The notes under the pieces: model-generated | Told to the model about the DNA's origin: nothing | The model's input: the letters and a program-made list of their open reading frames with translations, nothing else | Database searches by the model: none | Position numbers and translations under genes: made by a program | NCBI GenBank assembly: GCA_050250935.1 | Contig: JBFWNS010000003.1 | Location: 1 to 64,000 of the forward strand | Reading direction: 5' to 3' | DNA length: 64,000 nt | Origin: Candidatus Margulisiibacteriota bacterium | Lineage (GTDB): Bacteria > Margulisbacteria > Marinamargulisbacteria > JBFWNS01 | Shown here: in pieces, positions 1 through 7,489 of the stretch | Layout of the letters: each line of letters opens with the position of its first letter | Numbering within the stretch: the first letter of the stretch is position 1

Positions 1-1246
1 CTGTTGTCACCACATGTTCGTAGCTCAGCTGTCGGCATAATTCGACCAAAGCACCAGGGTGTCCGTTGGCTTGGCTATTCAGATGGGTTTCTAAAAAAGC
101 AGGATCGGTTACCGACAAAGTTTGGGTTAAGTGATGGATCAGTTTAAGGCTGGCGTCGTGGCCAAGTGGGTCCAGTTCCACACGCTCGAAGCGTTGTTCC
201 AACGACTTCAGTTTATCCAAGGGTTTGTCTGTGCCCGCCACCAAAACCAAGCCTTTGTCGAGTAATGCCAAGGCCAAATCCTCGTCACTGGTTTTAAGGC
301 TGCTCAGTTCATCCACAAACAAAATGGGCCAGTGCAAAGGATCTCGGGCCAGCAGCCAGTCGGCCAGTTCCGAAGCCGTGGGTCGGCTGCCCAGTTTGTC
401 GGTGTAGTCGGTATCCAAAGCTTTGCACAAGCTTTCCAAAAAGGTTTTGGTTGGCGCTGGGCTGTCCACATAAAGGACATTGGGATACTGACGGGCAACG
501 TGTTTCAAAATCTGGGTTTTGCCAATTCCCAAGGGACCGGTCAGTAAAATGGGTCGGGCACGGTGGATGGCAGAGCGTACTTTTTCCACCACCTTGTCCC
601 GGCCAAACAGAACCTCGTCGCCCACAAGCAAAGGTCCGTTTTGGGATTGCAGCACCTGGCCTTTTTCGGGGACGGGTTCTTTAAACTGGCGCAGTAGTTT
701 TTGAGTCAGGGGCCTTGTGTCTAAGCTGGGTTCAACCGGGTTCTGAGGTGTCAGGTTTTGGTACCGTTTCAACCCTTCTTTGTCGCTAACCCCCAGCAAT
801 TTAGCGGCTTGTTTGAGGCTTATGTTGGGGTCTTTAAGCAATTGAATGGCATAGGTGTTGCGCAAGGTTTGGGCGCTGACCGGCTGGGAAATCTCGGCTT
901 TTTGGCCGTACTTTCTCAGCATTTGGTCGATGCCACGTTCAGACAAAGCACCCACCTTGCCTTTGGTGGTGATGAACAGTTTGTCTGTTTGGCAGTTCAC
1001 CCGTTCTTTGGACCAGGACACCAGGGCATCATAGGTTGGTTCGGTTAATGGCAAAACGCGGTCCCGTTTGCCAGGAATGTGGAGTTCTTTTGTCTCCCAA
1101 TGCACGTCGGTGAGACTCAGTTCGGTGGCTTCTTGAAGTTGCAGACCACAGCTTAAAAACAACAGCACGATGGCTTTGTCTCGGGGCTCTTCAATTTGTT
1201 GAAGAACGCTTCTGGCTTCGTAAAGGTTTAAAAAATCTATGCTCAA
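1..1246 (-). CDS. Degenerate tyrosine-recombinase catalytic domain fused to a P-loop (AAA+/STAND-like) ATPase; 3' end runs off the window
   Basis: Manual translation, absent from the ORF track. TTG at 1246 follows AAAGGGGG; frame open for 415 codons to base 1. Recombinase motifs RDKAIVLLFLSCGLQLQE, SAQTLRNTYA, AKLLGVSD, KRY; then LFGRD, Walker A GPLGIGKT (515-538), Walker B ILFVDE (308-325), and ANGHPGAL. Confidence 0.8.
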   Translation of the reverse strand, partial: MSIDFLNLYEARSVLQQIEEPRDKAIVLLFLSCGLQLQEATELSLTDVHWETKELHIPGKRDRVLPLTEPTYDALVSWSKERVNCQTDKLFITTKGKVGALSERGIDQMLRKYGQKAEISQPVSAQTLRNTYAIQLLKDPNISLKQAAKLLGVSDKEGLKRYQNLTPQNPVEPSLDTRPLTQKLLRQFKEPVPEKGQVLQSQNGPLLVGDEVLFGRDKVVEKVRSAIHRARPILLTGPLGIGKTQILKHVARQYPNVLYVDSPAPTKTFLESLCKALDTDYTDKLGSRPTASELADWLLARDPLHWPILFVDELSSLKTSDEDLALALLDKGLVLVAGTDKPLDKLKSLEQRFERVELDPLGHDASLKLIHHLTQTLSVTDPAFLETHLNSQANGHPGALVELCRQLSYEHVVTT

Positions 1247-1287
1247 AAAGACCCCCTTTTTTTGCCGTTCTGTTGAATTAAAAAGAC

Positions 1288-1454
1288 ACCGGATGTAGTG
1301 AGAAAGTATACCGGTTGTAGTGATTCTTAAGCAAATGTTAGTGACATTTATATCCACTTTCGGTGGGCTTTTCCTGAGTGTCGAAGCTGGGATTCATCGC
1401 CTTTGAGTGTTATGCCTCTACGTGTCTACCTAGCTCCTAGAGGGTTGTAGTGAT
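1288..1454. repeat. Four copies of a (GG)WTGTAGTGA-like motif upstream of the recombinase-ATPase gene
   Basis: ACCGGATGTAGTGA 1288-1301, ACCGGTTGTAGTGA 1310-1323, ATGTTAGTGA ending 1344, GGTTGTAGTGAT 1443-1454. Confidence 0.6.
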
Positions 1455-1533
1455 CTTTCAATAATTCAAACAAGCGGTTCGAAGTAAATACCGACCGGGC
1501 TACCACTCTTCTTCTTTCTTCGAAACTTTTTTT

Positions 1534-1564
1534 ACCTCGCTTTTGGCGGGGTTTTTGCTTTTTT
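1534..1564 (+). terminator. Intrinsic terminator oriented on the + strand
   Basis: Hairpin ACCTCGC-TTTTG-GCGGGGT, with a G-U pair valid only on +, followed by a T-rich tract. Confidence 0.55.
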
Positions 1565-1593
1565 AGGCCAAAACGGATGGTTGTCCTCTAAAA

Positions 1594-1935
1594 TTAATCC
1601 GGTCTTTTCGAACTGCGTTTGGGCTTGGGTTCTGGTAGTTCGGGTAGGGTGCAAGCGAATAAGCCACAGAGCCATTCTGGATCTTCCCAGCGGTCTTCAT
1701 CAATCAAAAAAGAAGGTTTGGCGCCGGAGTAGGCCGGGGCTTCGCAGACGTCTTCTTCCAAATACTGTCGGCCAGCGGGCGTGATTTTGACATAGAGTTG
1801 GTCATCGCAGACCAGGGCAATCACTTTGCCTTCCAGATAGAGGGCATATTCGCCAAACATTTTTTTGGCCATGATGCCGCCCAATTGGGCGAGTTGATCC
1901 AGCAAATAATCGATGGTTTCTTTGCGTGTCGACAT
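1594..1935 (-). CDS. TfoX/Sxy N-terminal domain protein
   Basis: KKMFGEYALYLEGKVIALVCDDQLYVK signature; 113 aa. Confidence 0.85.
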   Translation of the reverse strand: MSTRKETIDYLLDQLAQLGGIMAKKMFGEYALYLEGKVIALVCDDQLYVKITPAGRQYLEEDVCEAPAYSGAKPSFLIDEDRWEDPEWLCGLFACTLPELPEPKPKRSSKRPD

Positions 1936-1940
1936 GGTTT

Positions 1941-3518
1941 TTAGGCTTCTTTTTCTGGCAAGGTTGTGGCATTGCCGTCGCGGTGGGCTCTGTAGTGGGG
2001 GGACATGATCTCGATGCCATACTGGGCACAGGCATCTTGAATGTTTTGGTGAAGGGTGGAGTAGATTTCGGGTTGTTTATTGGCCTCTTGGGTATAGGCA
2101 TTGAGCTGATAGGATACATAAAAGTCGTTTAGGGCTGTTTGCAAAACAAAGGGTTCTGGGCTCGTGAGGATGTGCGGTGTTTTTGTGGCGGCGAAAATCA
2201 GGGCCTCGTGAACGGTTCTCCAGGGTGTGTCATAGCCGATGGTGACGGTGGTGTGAACAACCAAGCCCCGGTCTTTGGCATTGCTGCTGTAATTGATGGT
2301 GTGGCTGGTCATGATGGTCGAGTTGGGGACAGACACAATTTCGTTTTTGGGGGTTCGAATGCGGGTGACCAGCAAGGATTTTTCGATGATATCGCCTTCT
2401 GTTTCGCCAATTTTAACCCGGTCTCCAATCCGAAAAAGTCTCATGTAGGTTAATATCAACCCCGAGACGATGTTCGACAGCGAACTTGCAGATCCAAAAG
2501 TAAATAAAAAGCCCAAAAAAACAGACACGCCTTGAAACACCGGCGAGTTACTGCCCGGTAAATAGGGGAAAATCAGAACCAGCATAAACGCTGTTACCAA
2601 GATTCGGACAATTTGGTAGGTTGGGTTTGCCCAGTCTGCATAAAAATTAGGCAGTACCAAGGCCCCGGTTTCCAGCTCTGTTTTAAGGTAGTGAAGCCCC
2701 CTAAAAATGTACTTAAAAACCGTCACAATAATCAGAATGGTGATGACGTTTGGCAAATAGTGCCACACCGAAAACACAATATTCGACAAAGGGGTTAAGA
2801 CATAGCCCAACAAGGTGTCCGAAAAGCGGCGCGTCCAGGGTAAAACCCGAAACAACAACGGAAGCCCAAGATAGCTGATCAAGGCGATACAGCCCCATTT
2901 TAGAAGGGTAAGACCCGATTGTAACAACCGAATAATCTGCTCGATTTTGAGCAAGGTGTAGCCATTCACGGTTAAGGGCCGAATGCGTTTGCCTTGTTCG
3001 GCCAAGAGGGCCCGGTTTAAAAACCCAAAGAACCGCCAGATGACCCCAATCAAGGCAAAAATGCCCATGAGAACCCCACTGGCAACGGCGGATACCGCAA
3101 GCAGGTTTTTTTTGCTTGTTCCGGTTTGATAGTCGAGGACGGATTGGGTAATCCGTTTGGCATAGGTTTCGGCCAATTCCCGTTGGTCTTTTTGGCTTAG
3201 CAGGGCATCGTTTTTGGAAATACTGATGATGGTGAGAGTGCCAAGATTAATATCGATAAGCCCGTCTTCTTCCACCAGTTGAAGGGATTGTTGAGAGAAG
3301 GGTTTGGCATTTCCAAGATCGTGAATGCGTTTTGATATGGCCGCAGCCCGAGCGTCTGGCCCAAAGCTTCCAGACTTGGCATAAATATCGAAGAGTTTTT
3401 CGTGATAAAACCCATAAACAGGATAACCCGTTGGCTGGATTTCTTCTTTTGCAAACAGGGCGCTGCCCAAGCAAAGGGACAGAACAATGGCCATGACGAG
3501 GCTAAATCGTTTTTTCAC
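1941..3518 (-). CDS. MscS-family mechanosensitive channel with N-terminal periplasmic domain
   Basis: Several TM segments; SNIVSGLIL..RLFRIGDRVKIG..GDI..VPNS core; IEIMSPHY. Confidence 0.9.
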   Translation of the reverse strand: MKKRFSLVMAIVLSLCLGSALFAKEEIQPTGYPVYGFYHEKLFDIYAKSGSFGPDARAAAISKRIHDLGNAKPFSQQSLQLVEEDGLIDINLGTLTIISISKNDALLSQKDQRELAETYAKRITQSVLDYQTGTSKKNLLAVSAVASGVLMGIFALIGVIWRFFGFLNRALLAEQGKRIRPLTVNGYTLLKIEQIIRLLQSGLTLLKWGCIALISYLGLPLLFRVLPWTRRFSDTLLGYVLTPLSNIVFSVWHYLPNVITILIIVTVFKYIFRGLHYLKTELETGALVLPNFYADWANPTYQIVRILVTAFMLVLIFPYLPGSNSPVFQGVSVFLGFLFTFGSASSLSNIVSGLILTYMRLFRIGDRVKIGETEGDIIEKSLLVTRIRTPKNEIVSVPNSTIMTSHTINYSSNAKDRGLVVHTTVTIGYDTPWRTVHEALIFAATKTPHILTSPEPFVLQTALNDFYVSYQLNAYTQEANKQPEIYSTLHQNIQDACAQYGIEIMSPHYRAHRDGNATTLPEKEA

Positions 3519-3604
3519 AGAAAACAGGTACTCCTTTGCGAGGTTGTTTTGAGAGGGGGTGACGATAGTATAGCCTAAGATGTTCTAGATTCGTATATTG
3601 GAGC

Positions 3605-4228
3605 TTAAGCAGTTGCCAGATAGGCTATAAGCGGACCATGGGTAGGTTTGTTCAATAGTGGTTCAGCTTCTTCGATGGTTAAGACCCTATAAACCAGGGC
3701 AACCAGTAGTTTTTGTTCGGATGGGTGTTTCTGAAATTGGGCTAAAATACTTTCTTTAAGTTGGGTCTTGAGGGTTTGAAATTCTGGGTTGTTTGGAAAA
3801 CGAATGGCATCACAGGAAACTTGTATGAGGGTTATATCTGGAAGATTTATTGCCTGAGTGAAAGCTTGATCGCATGTCGCTTGCCAAGCTTTTAAGTCGG
3901 CACCTGTTAGGGCTTCTGTTGAAATAGGGAATTCTGCATTGGTAGAAGCTAGGGTGAGGATGTCCTCGTTGCTTAAAGCCCTTAGATTTCTTGCAAGAAC
4001 AGGGACTAGGTCCGAGGTTAGGCTGATTGGGTCTTGGGTTGTTTTTAAGGCAGACTGTTGTTTTTTGGGGGTAGTGGTTTCTTGGGTAGTGGGTTTTGTA
4101 GCCCGGTCTTCGATAAATTGGCGGACCATTGGCCCCAGTATACGCCATTCTTTTTGATCAAAAAGCGTTTGGAGGGTCTGTTGTTCGGCTGTGAGTAGGC
4201 TGGTATGGGCAAGGTGTTTTTTCTGCAT
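3605..4228 (-). CDS. Hypothetical protein (orphan-like)
   Basis: 207-aa ORF filling the gap; no recognised motif. Confidence 0.6.
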   Translation of the reverse strand: MQKKHLAHTSLLTAEQQTLQTLFDQKEWRILGPMVRQFIEDRATKPTTQETTTPKKQQSALKTTQDPISLTSDLVPVLARNLRALSNEDILTLASTNAEFPISTEALTGADLKAWQATCDQAFTQAINLPDITLIQVSCDAIRFPNNPEFQTLKTQLKESILAQFQKHPSEQKLLVALVYRVLTIEEAEPLLNKPTHGPLIAYLATA

Positions 4229-4265
4229 GGGTTCTGGACTTTCTATTGTAGCGTTTCTGCTATAG

Positions 4266-4292
4266 TTTTCGGCTAAAATCTGGAAAAATTGC
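4266..4292 (-). promoter_or_regulatory. Putative sigma28 (FliA)-like promoter
   Basis: GCAATTTT-N11-GCCGAAAA, compared with the enteric consensus TAAAGTTT-N11-GCCGATAA. Confidence 0.45.
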
Positions 4293-4318
4293 AGAATTTT
4301 TCCAAGTATTTTTGAAGT

Positions 4319-5173
4319 TTATATCAGTAAGGAAACCCCGATCAGGGCCATTAGACCCCCCACGGCGGTGGGCCAAGCCAGGGTTTCGCCCAAAAGCAGC
4401 CAGGCCAAAAAGGCGGTGCAGGTGGGAATCATCAGCATAAAAGCGGTGCTGGTTTTGGGTCCCAATTGTTGGGTTCCCAAGAAAAAAACAGAGGTGGCAA
4501 ACAAGGTGCCGAAAAGGGCCATAAAACCCATATTGCCCCAAAAAAATGGCCCCAAATGGACCGCTGCCAGCATGGACTCTGTCGGGGTTCCCAGCGCAAA
4601 CAAGGGTATCACCAAGGCCATCATGTAGAACGTGTGGACGATAGGGTTGAGACGCACTTTTTGGCTGGCAATCGACAGCACAGCCCAGGCAAACGCGGCG
4701 AGCACAAAAAAGCCGGTTCCCGAATTTAAAAATTCTGTCCAATTGAACCGCCAGACCCGAAGCATTAGGCCTGCCGAAAGCACCCCCAATCCCAGTCCCA
4801 GGAGTTCTCTTTTTCGAAGCGATTTTTGGTGGATTAGGGCGACTAAGCCAAAGGTGATGATGGGATTTAAGGTCGTGACCAAAACCCCGCCGGTTCCCGC
4901 CAATCCCAGGTGAATGCCCTTGAAAAATGCCCATTGGTAGAGACCCATTAATAAACTGGTAATCCCCACCATGATCCATTGGGAAGGGGGGATTTTAAAG
5001 GAGATTTTTTGCCAGAGCAAAAACACAACAAACACCAGTGCCGAAACCAAAAACCGATAAAACACCAGGGTTTGGCTCGGCAACAGGGGGGCAACCCATT
5101 TGGCTGCAATCCAGTTGCCGCTCCAACAGATCATGGCCAGCGCTAGCAGGACGTGGCTGGTTTGTTTAGTCAA
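4319..5173 (-). CDS. EamA/DMT family transporter
   Basis: About 10 TM helices in two repeats; ICWSGNWIAAK; LAWLLLGE. Confidence 0.9.
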   Translation of the reverse strand: MTKQTSHVLLALAMICWSGNWIAAKWVAPLLPSQTLVFYRFLVSALVFVVFLLWQKISFKIPPSQWIMVGITSLLMGLYQWAFFKGIHLGLAGTGGVLVTTLNPIITFGLVALIHQKSLRKRELLGLGLGVLSAGLMLRVWRFNWTEFLNSGTGFFVLAAFAWAVLSIASQKVRLNPIVHTFYMMALVIPLFALGTPTESMLAAVHLGPFFWGNMGFMALFGTLFATSVFFLGTQQLGPKTSTAFMLMIPTCTAFLAWLLLGETLAWPTAVGGLMALIGVSLLI

Positions 5174-6452
5174 ATTTCCAGCTTAGGGCCAAAGAGGTGA
5201 AGAGGGCAGAAGAGCGTGTGCTGTAGCTGACATCGGTGTTATCAGGAGCGCCAAAGGATGTTTTGCCGGATTGGGTGATGGTGTTACTCAAAACATAGGC
5301 CACAGAGGCATCCAGACTCAGCCGTTTGTTAAAGCTCATCCCCAAACCGGTGGTTAGAATGTGTTCGCCAATCACAGCGCCCATTCCGGCGGTGTTAAAA
5401 AAGGCGATGTTAGAATCCAAAAACTGAGCACCCCCAAACGAATAGCCTCCGTTGGTCGCGCTCAGGTTGCTTTTGTTGGGTATTACCGAAGGGGCATAGT
5501 TATAGCCGAAGCGCAACGCCAGGCTGTTGCTGACATCGTATTGTGCACCCAAGGCCAAAGCAGTTTGGTCTCGCCACAACAGGTTTTTGAACCCTTTGGC
5601 TTGGGACCAGAAAATTTGTTTAATATCAGACGTTAAACGCCATTTGCCCAGGGTGGCCGAGACGCCAATGCCAACCTCTGCTGGCAGTTCGAGTTCCAAA
5701 TTGTCGTAGGTGCCGTTGCGGTCGAAATCGAAAATCTGTTTAAAATTAAGGGCGACTGGCGACAAATAGCTAGCCCCCAGAATAACCGCGTCGTTGAGTT
5801 GGTAGCTGCCCCCAATCTGATAGCCAACAGACAAACTGTCCGACAAGCCTCCACTGCGTTGTTGGGTGGTTTCTGGAGCTCCGGTTTGATCGGGCATTTG
5901 GGCTGCAAAGTTCAGCAATCCGTAGGTGATGTGGGTCGAAAGTCCGAATCCCCAAGGGCCGGTTTGAACCCCAATGGCGGGAACCAGTTTTAAGGCCATC
6001 ACATGGGATCGGATATCGGCAAAATAGGGACGACCACGCTGATCCAACCCAAATCCAGAAGTCGCAAAAAGTCCCAATCCGAATCCAACCGTTTCGTTCA
6101 ACGGCGTAATAATGGCCACATCGGGAATGGCGAAGGCCGTGATGTTGCTTTTGACATAGCCCGTGTCTGCAGTTAGAGCGCCGCCAGTATAGTTGACCCT
6201 GGCTTCGGGGCTGAGTACGGCATAGGTGCCGCCGAACACCACCGTCGTGGTTTGGTAGCGTGGCAAAAGGGCAGGGTTTTTAACAATGGATTCCGTACCG
6301 TTTGGGTTGGCAATCCCAGTGCCGCCCATGGCAATCGATTGCGGGGTAAGGCCAATTAAATTCGCGCCATTGGCCAACAAAGCAGTACTCAAACTCAAAA
6401 AAATCCCAACCACAACAAGGGTCAAAACTGTGGTTCGTTGCAACTGTGCCAT
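5166..6452 (-). CDS. OmpP1/FadL-family outer-membrane transporter for hydrophobic compounds
   Basis: Signal peptide; AMGGTGIA and KNPA hatch motifs; LRFGYNY; aromatic C-terminal strand. Confidence 0.85.
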   Translation of the reverse strand: MAQLQRTTVLTLVVVGIFLSLSTALLANGANLIGLTPQSIAMGGTGIANPNGTESIVKNPALLPRYQTTTVVFGGTYAVLSPEARVNYTGGALTADTGYVKSNITAFAIPDVAIITPLNETVGFGLGLFATSGFGLDQRGRPYFADIRSHVMALKLVPAIGVQTGPWGFGLSTHITYGLLNFAAQMPDQTGAPETTQQRSGGLSDSLSVGYQIGGSYQLNDAVILGASYLSPVALNFKQIFDFDRNGTYDNLELELPAEVGIGVSATLGKWRLTSDIKQIFWSQAKGFKNLLWRDQTALALGAQYDVSNSLALRFGYNYAPSVIPNKSNLSATNGGYSFGGAQFLDSNIAFFNTAGMGAVIGEHILTTGLGMSFNKRLSLDASVAYVLSNTITQSGKTSFGAPDNTDVSYSTRSSALFTSLALSWKFD

Positions 6453-6510
6453 GCGCTATCCTTTTACAAGAGGTGAATTTTTGTAAATTGTAGCATGCTC
6501 TAGCCTCGGG

Positions 6511-7428
6511 TCAAAGAAAAGGTTGGCTTTGATTATTTTTGAGGAGCACAGCAATCTGTTTTCGGACTTGGAAATCGGTTCTGCTAGACCCAAAAGCTCT
6601 TGCCATTTTTGCCCATGCATTGCTTTTTCCTTGAGCGTAAAACGCCTTATAGATTTTTAAAAGATGTTTATTTTCCTCTTGTGTCCAAGAACCCCCTTTT
6701 AATTCTGGATCTAGTTTATTAGCCCACCTTTCCAAGCATTGCGCGGCAGATCGGGGGAGTTGTGTAAGCTTTCTTTGGGCCAATTGATGGGCAATTTCTG
6801 ACCACTTTAATGTAGGTTGGTTACGAATTTCTCGAAGGGAATCGTCTTCTGCTTTGCTCCATTTTTCGTGGCAACGTGGCTCTAGGGCCCTGATTCGGTG
6901 AAGGCATTGAGAGGGTTTTCGGGTTCCTACAGCTTGGCTGATTAGGTGCCATTGGGTTCCATATTGTTGGTGGGCGACCTGAAGTCGTTGGGTTTCGTCT
7001 TCTGTCCAAGGTCCTGAATTGTTGCCATCCTTGTGGGGTGCTGGCTGTGGGGCGCTGGCATGATGTTGCTTTGCTGCTCTTGTGGATGGTGCTGTTTTTG
7101 TTCGTTTGCGTGAAGCAGTTTCTTTGGTTGTTTCGGAATCAGAACTGGAAGCTGAATCGAATGTTTCAGAAGCTGCTAGTGCAGAGAGTAATTCGTTGGC
7201 TTGTAGGGCTGCTTTTCGTTGGGGTCTTGGTGTTGGTTGTTGATTCTTTAGGTCAGAGGCTGAGGGTTGCTCGGTTTGGTCTTTGTGAGGGGAGGAAGTT
7301 TCGGTGCCGGCATTCAGAATTGCAAAGATTGCCCTGATTCCGCTGTCGTCAGGCAATATTGGAAGGTCCAATAAATCTGGAAGGTCAAATTCAAAATTGG
7401 GTGTTGAAATGTGTTTGGTTAAGCTCAT
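6511..7428 (-). CDS. Eukaryote-like three-repeat Myb (R1R2R3-type) DNA-binding protein
   Basis: Three Trp-spaced repeats: GPWTEDET..YGTQWHLIS..RKPSQC; KWSKAEDD..KWSEIA..RSAAQCLERWANKLDP; GSWTQEEN..AWAKMA..RTD. Start taken at ATG 7428 (305 aa). Confidence 0.85.
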   Translation of the reverse strand: MSLTKHISTPNFEFDLPDLLDLPILPDDSGIRAIFAILNAGTETSSPHKDQTEQPSASDLKNQQPTPRPQRKAALQANELLSALAASETFDSASSSDSETTKETASRKRTKTAPSTRAAKQHHASAPQPAPHKDGNNSGPWTEDETQRLQVAHQQYGTQWHLISQAVGTRKPSQCLHRIRALEPRCHEKWSKAEDDSLREIRNQPTLKWSEIAHQLAQRKLTQLPRSAAQCLERWANKLDPELKGGSWTQEENKHLLKIYKAFYAQGKSNAWAKMARAFGSSRTDFQVRKQIAVLLKNNQSQPFL

Positions 7429-7433
7429 ACAAA

Positions 7434-7460
7434 TTATCGGATGGGTTAGGGTAAAATTGC
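7434..7460 (-). promoter_or_regulatory. Putative sigma28-like promoter of the Myb gene
   Basis: GCAATTTT-N11-TCCGATAA, 5 nt upstream of ATG 7428, which would give a leaderless mRNA. Confidence 0.45.
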
Positions 7461-7489
7461 AGGGTTTGAAGTTTTTTCTTCTAGTCCAT

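Noticed and set aside
225..1048. Short ORF-track calls in the first kilobase
   Set aside because: They are shadow frames of the long - strand recombinase-ATPase gene, which lacks a stop inside the window.
1288..1454. CRISPR array or replication origin
   Set aside because: Repeats are only 10-14 bp with about 8-bp gaps, there are no cas genes, and only one weak DnaA-box-like sequence (ATATCCACT) is present.
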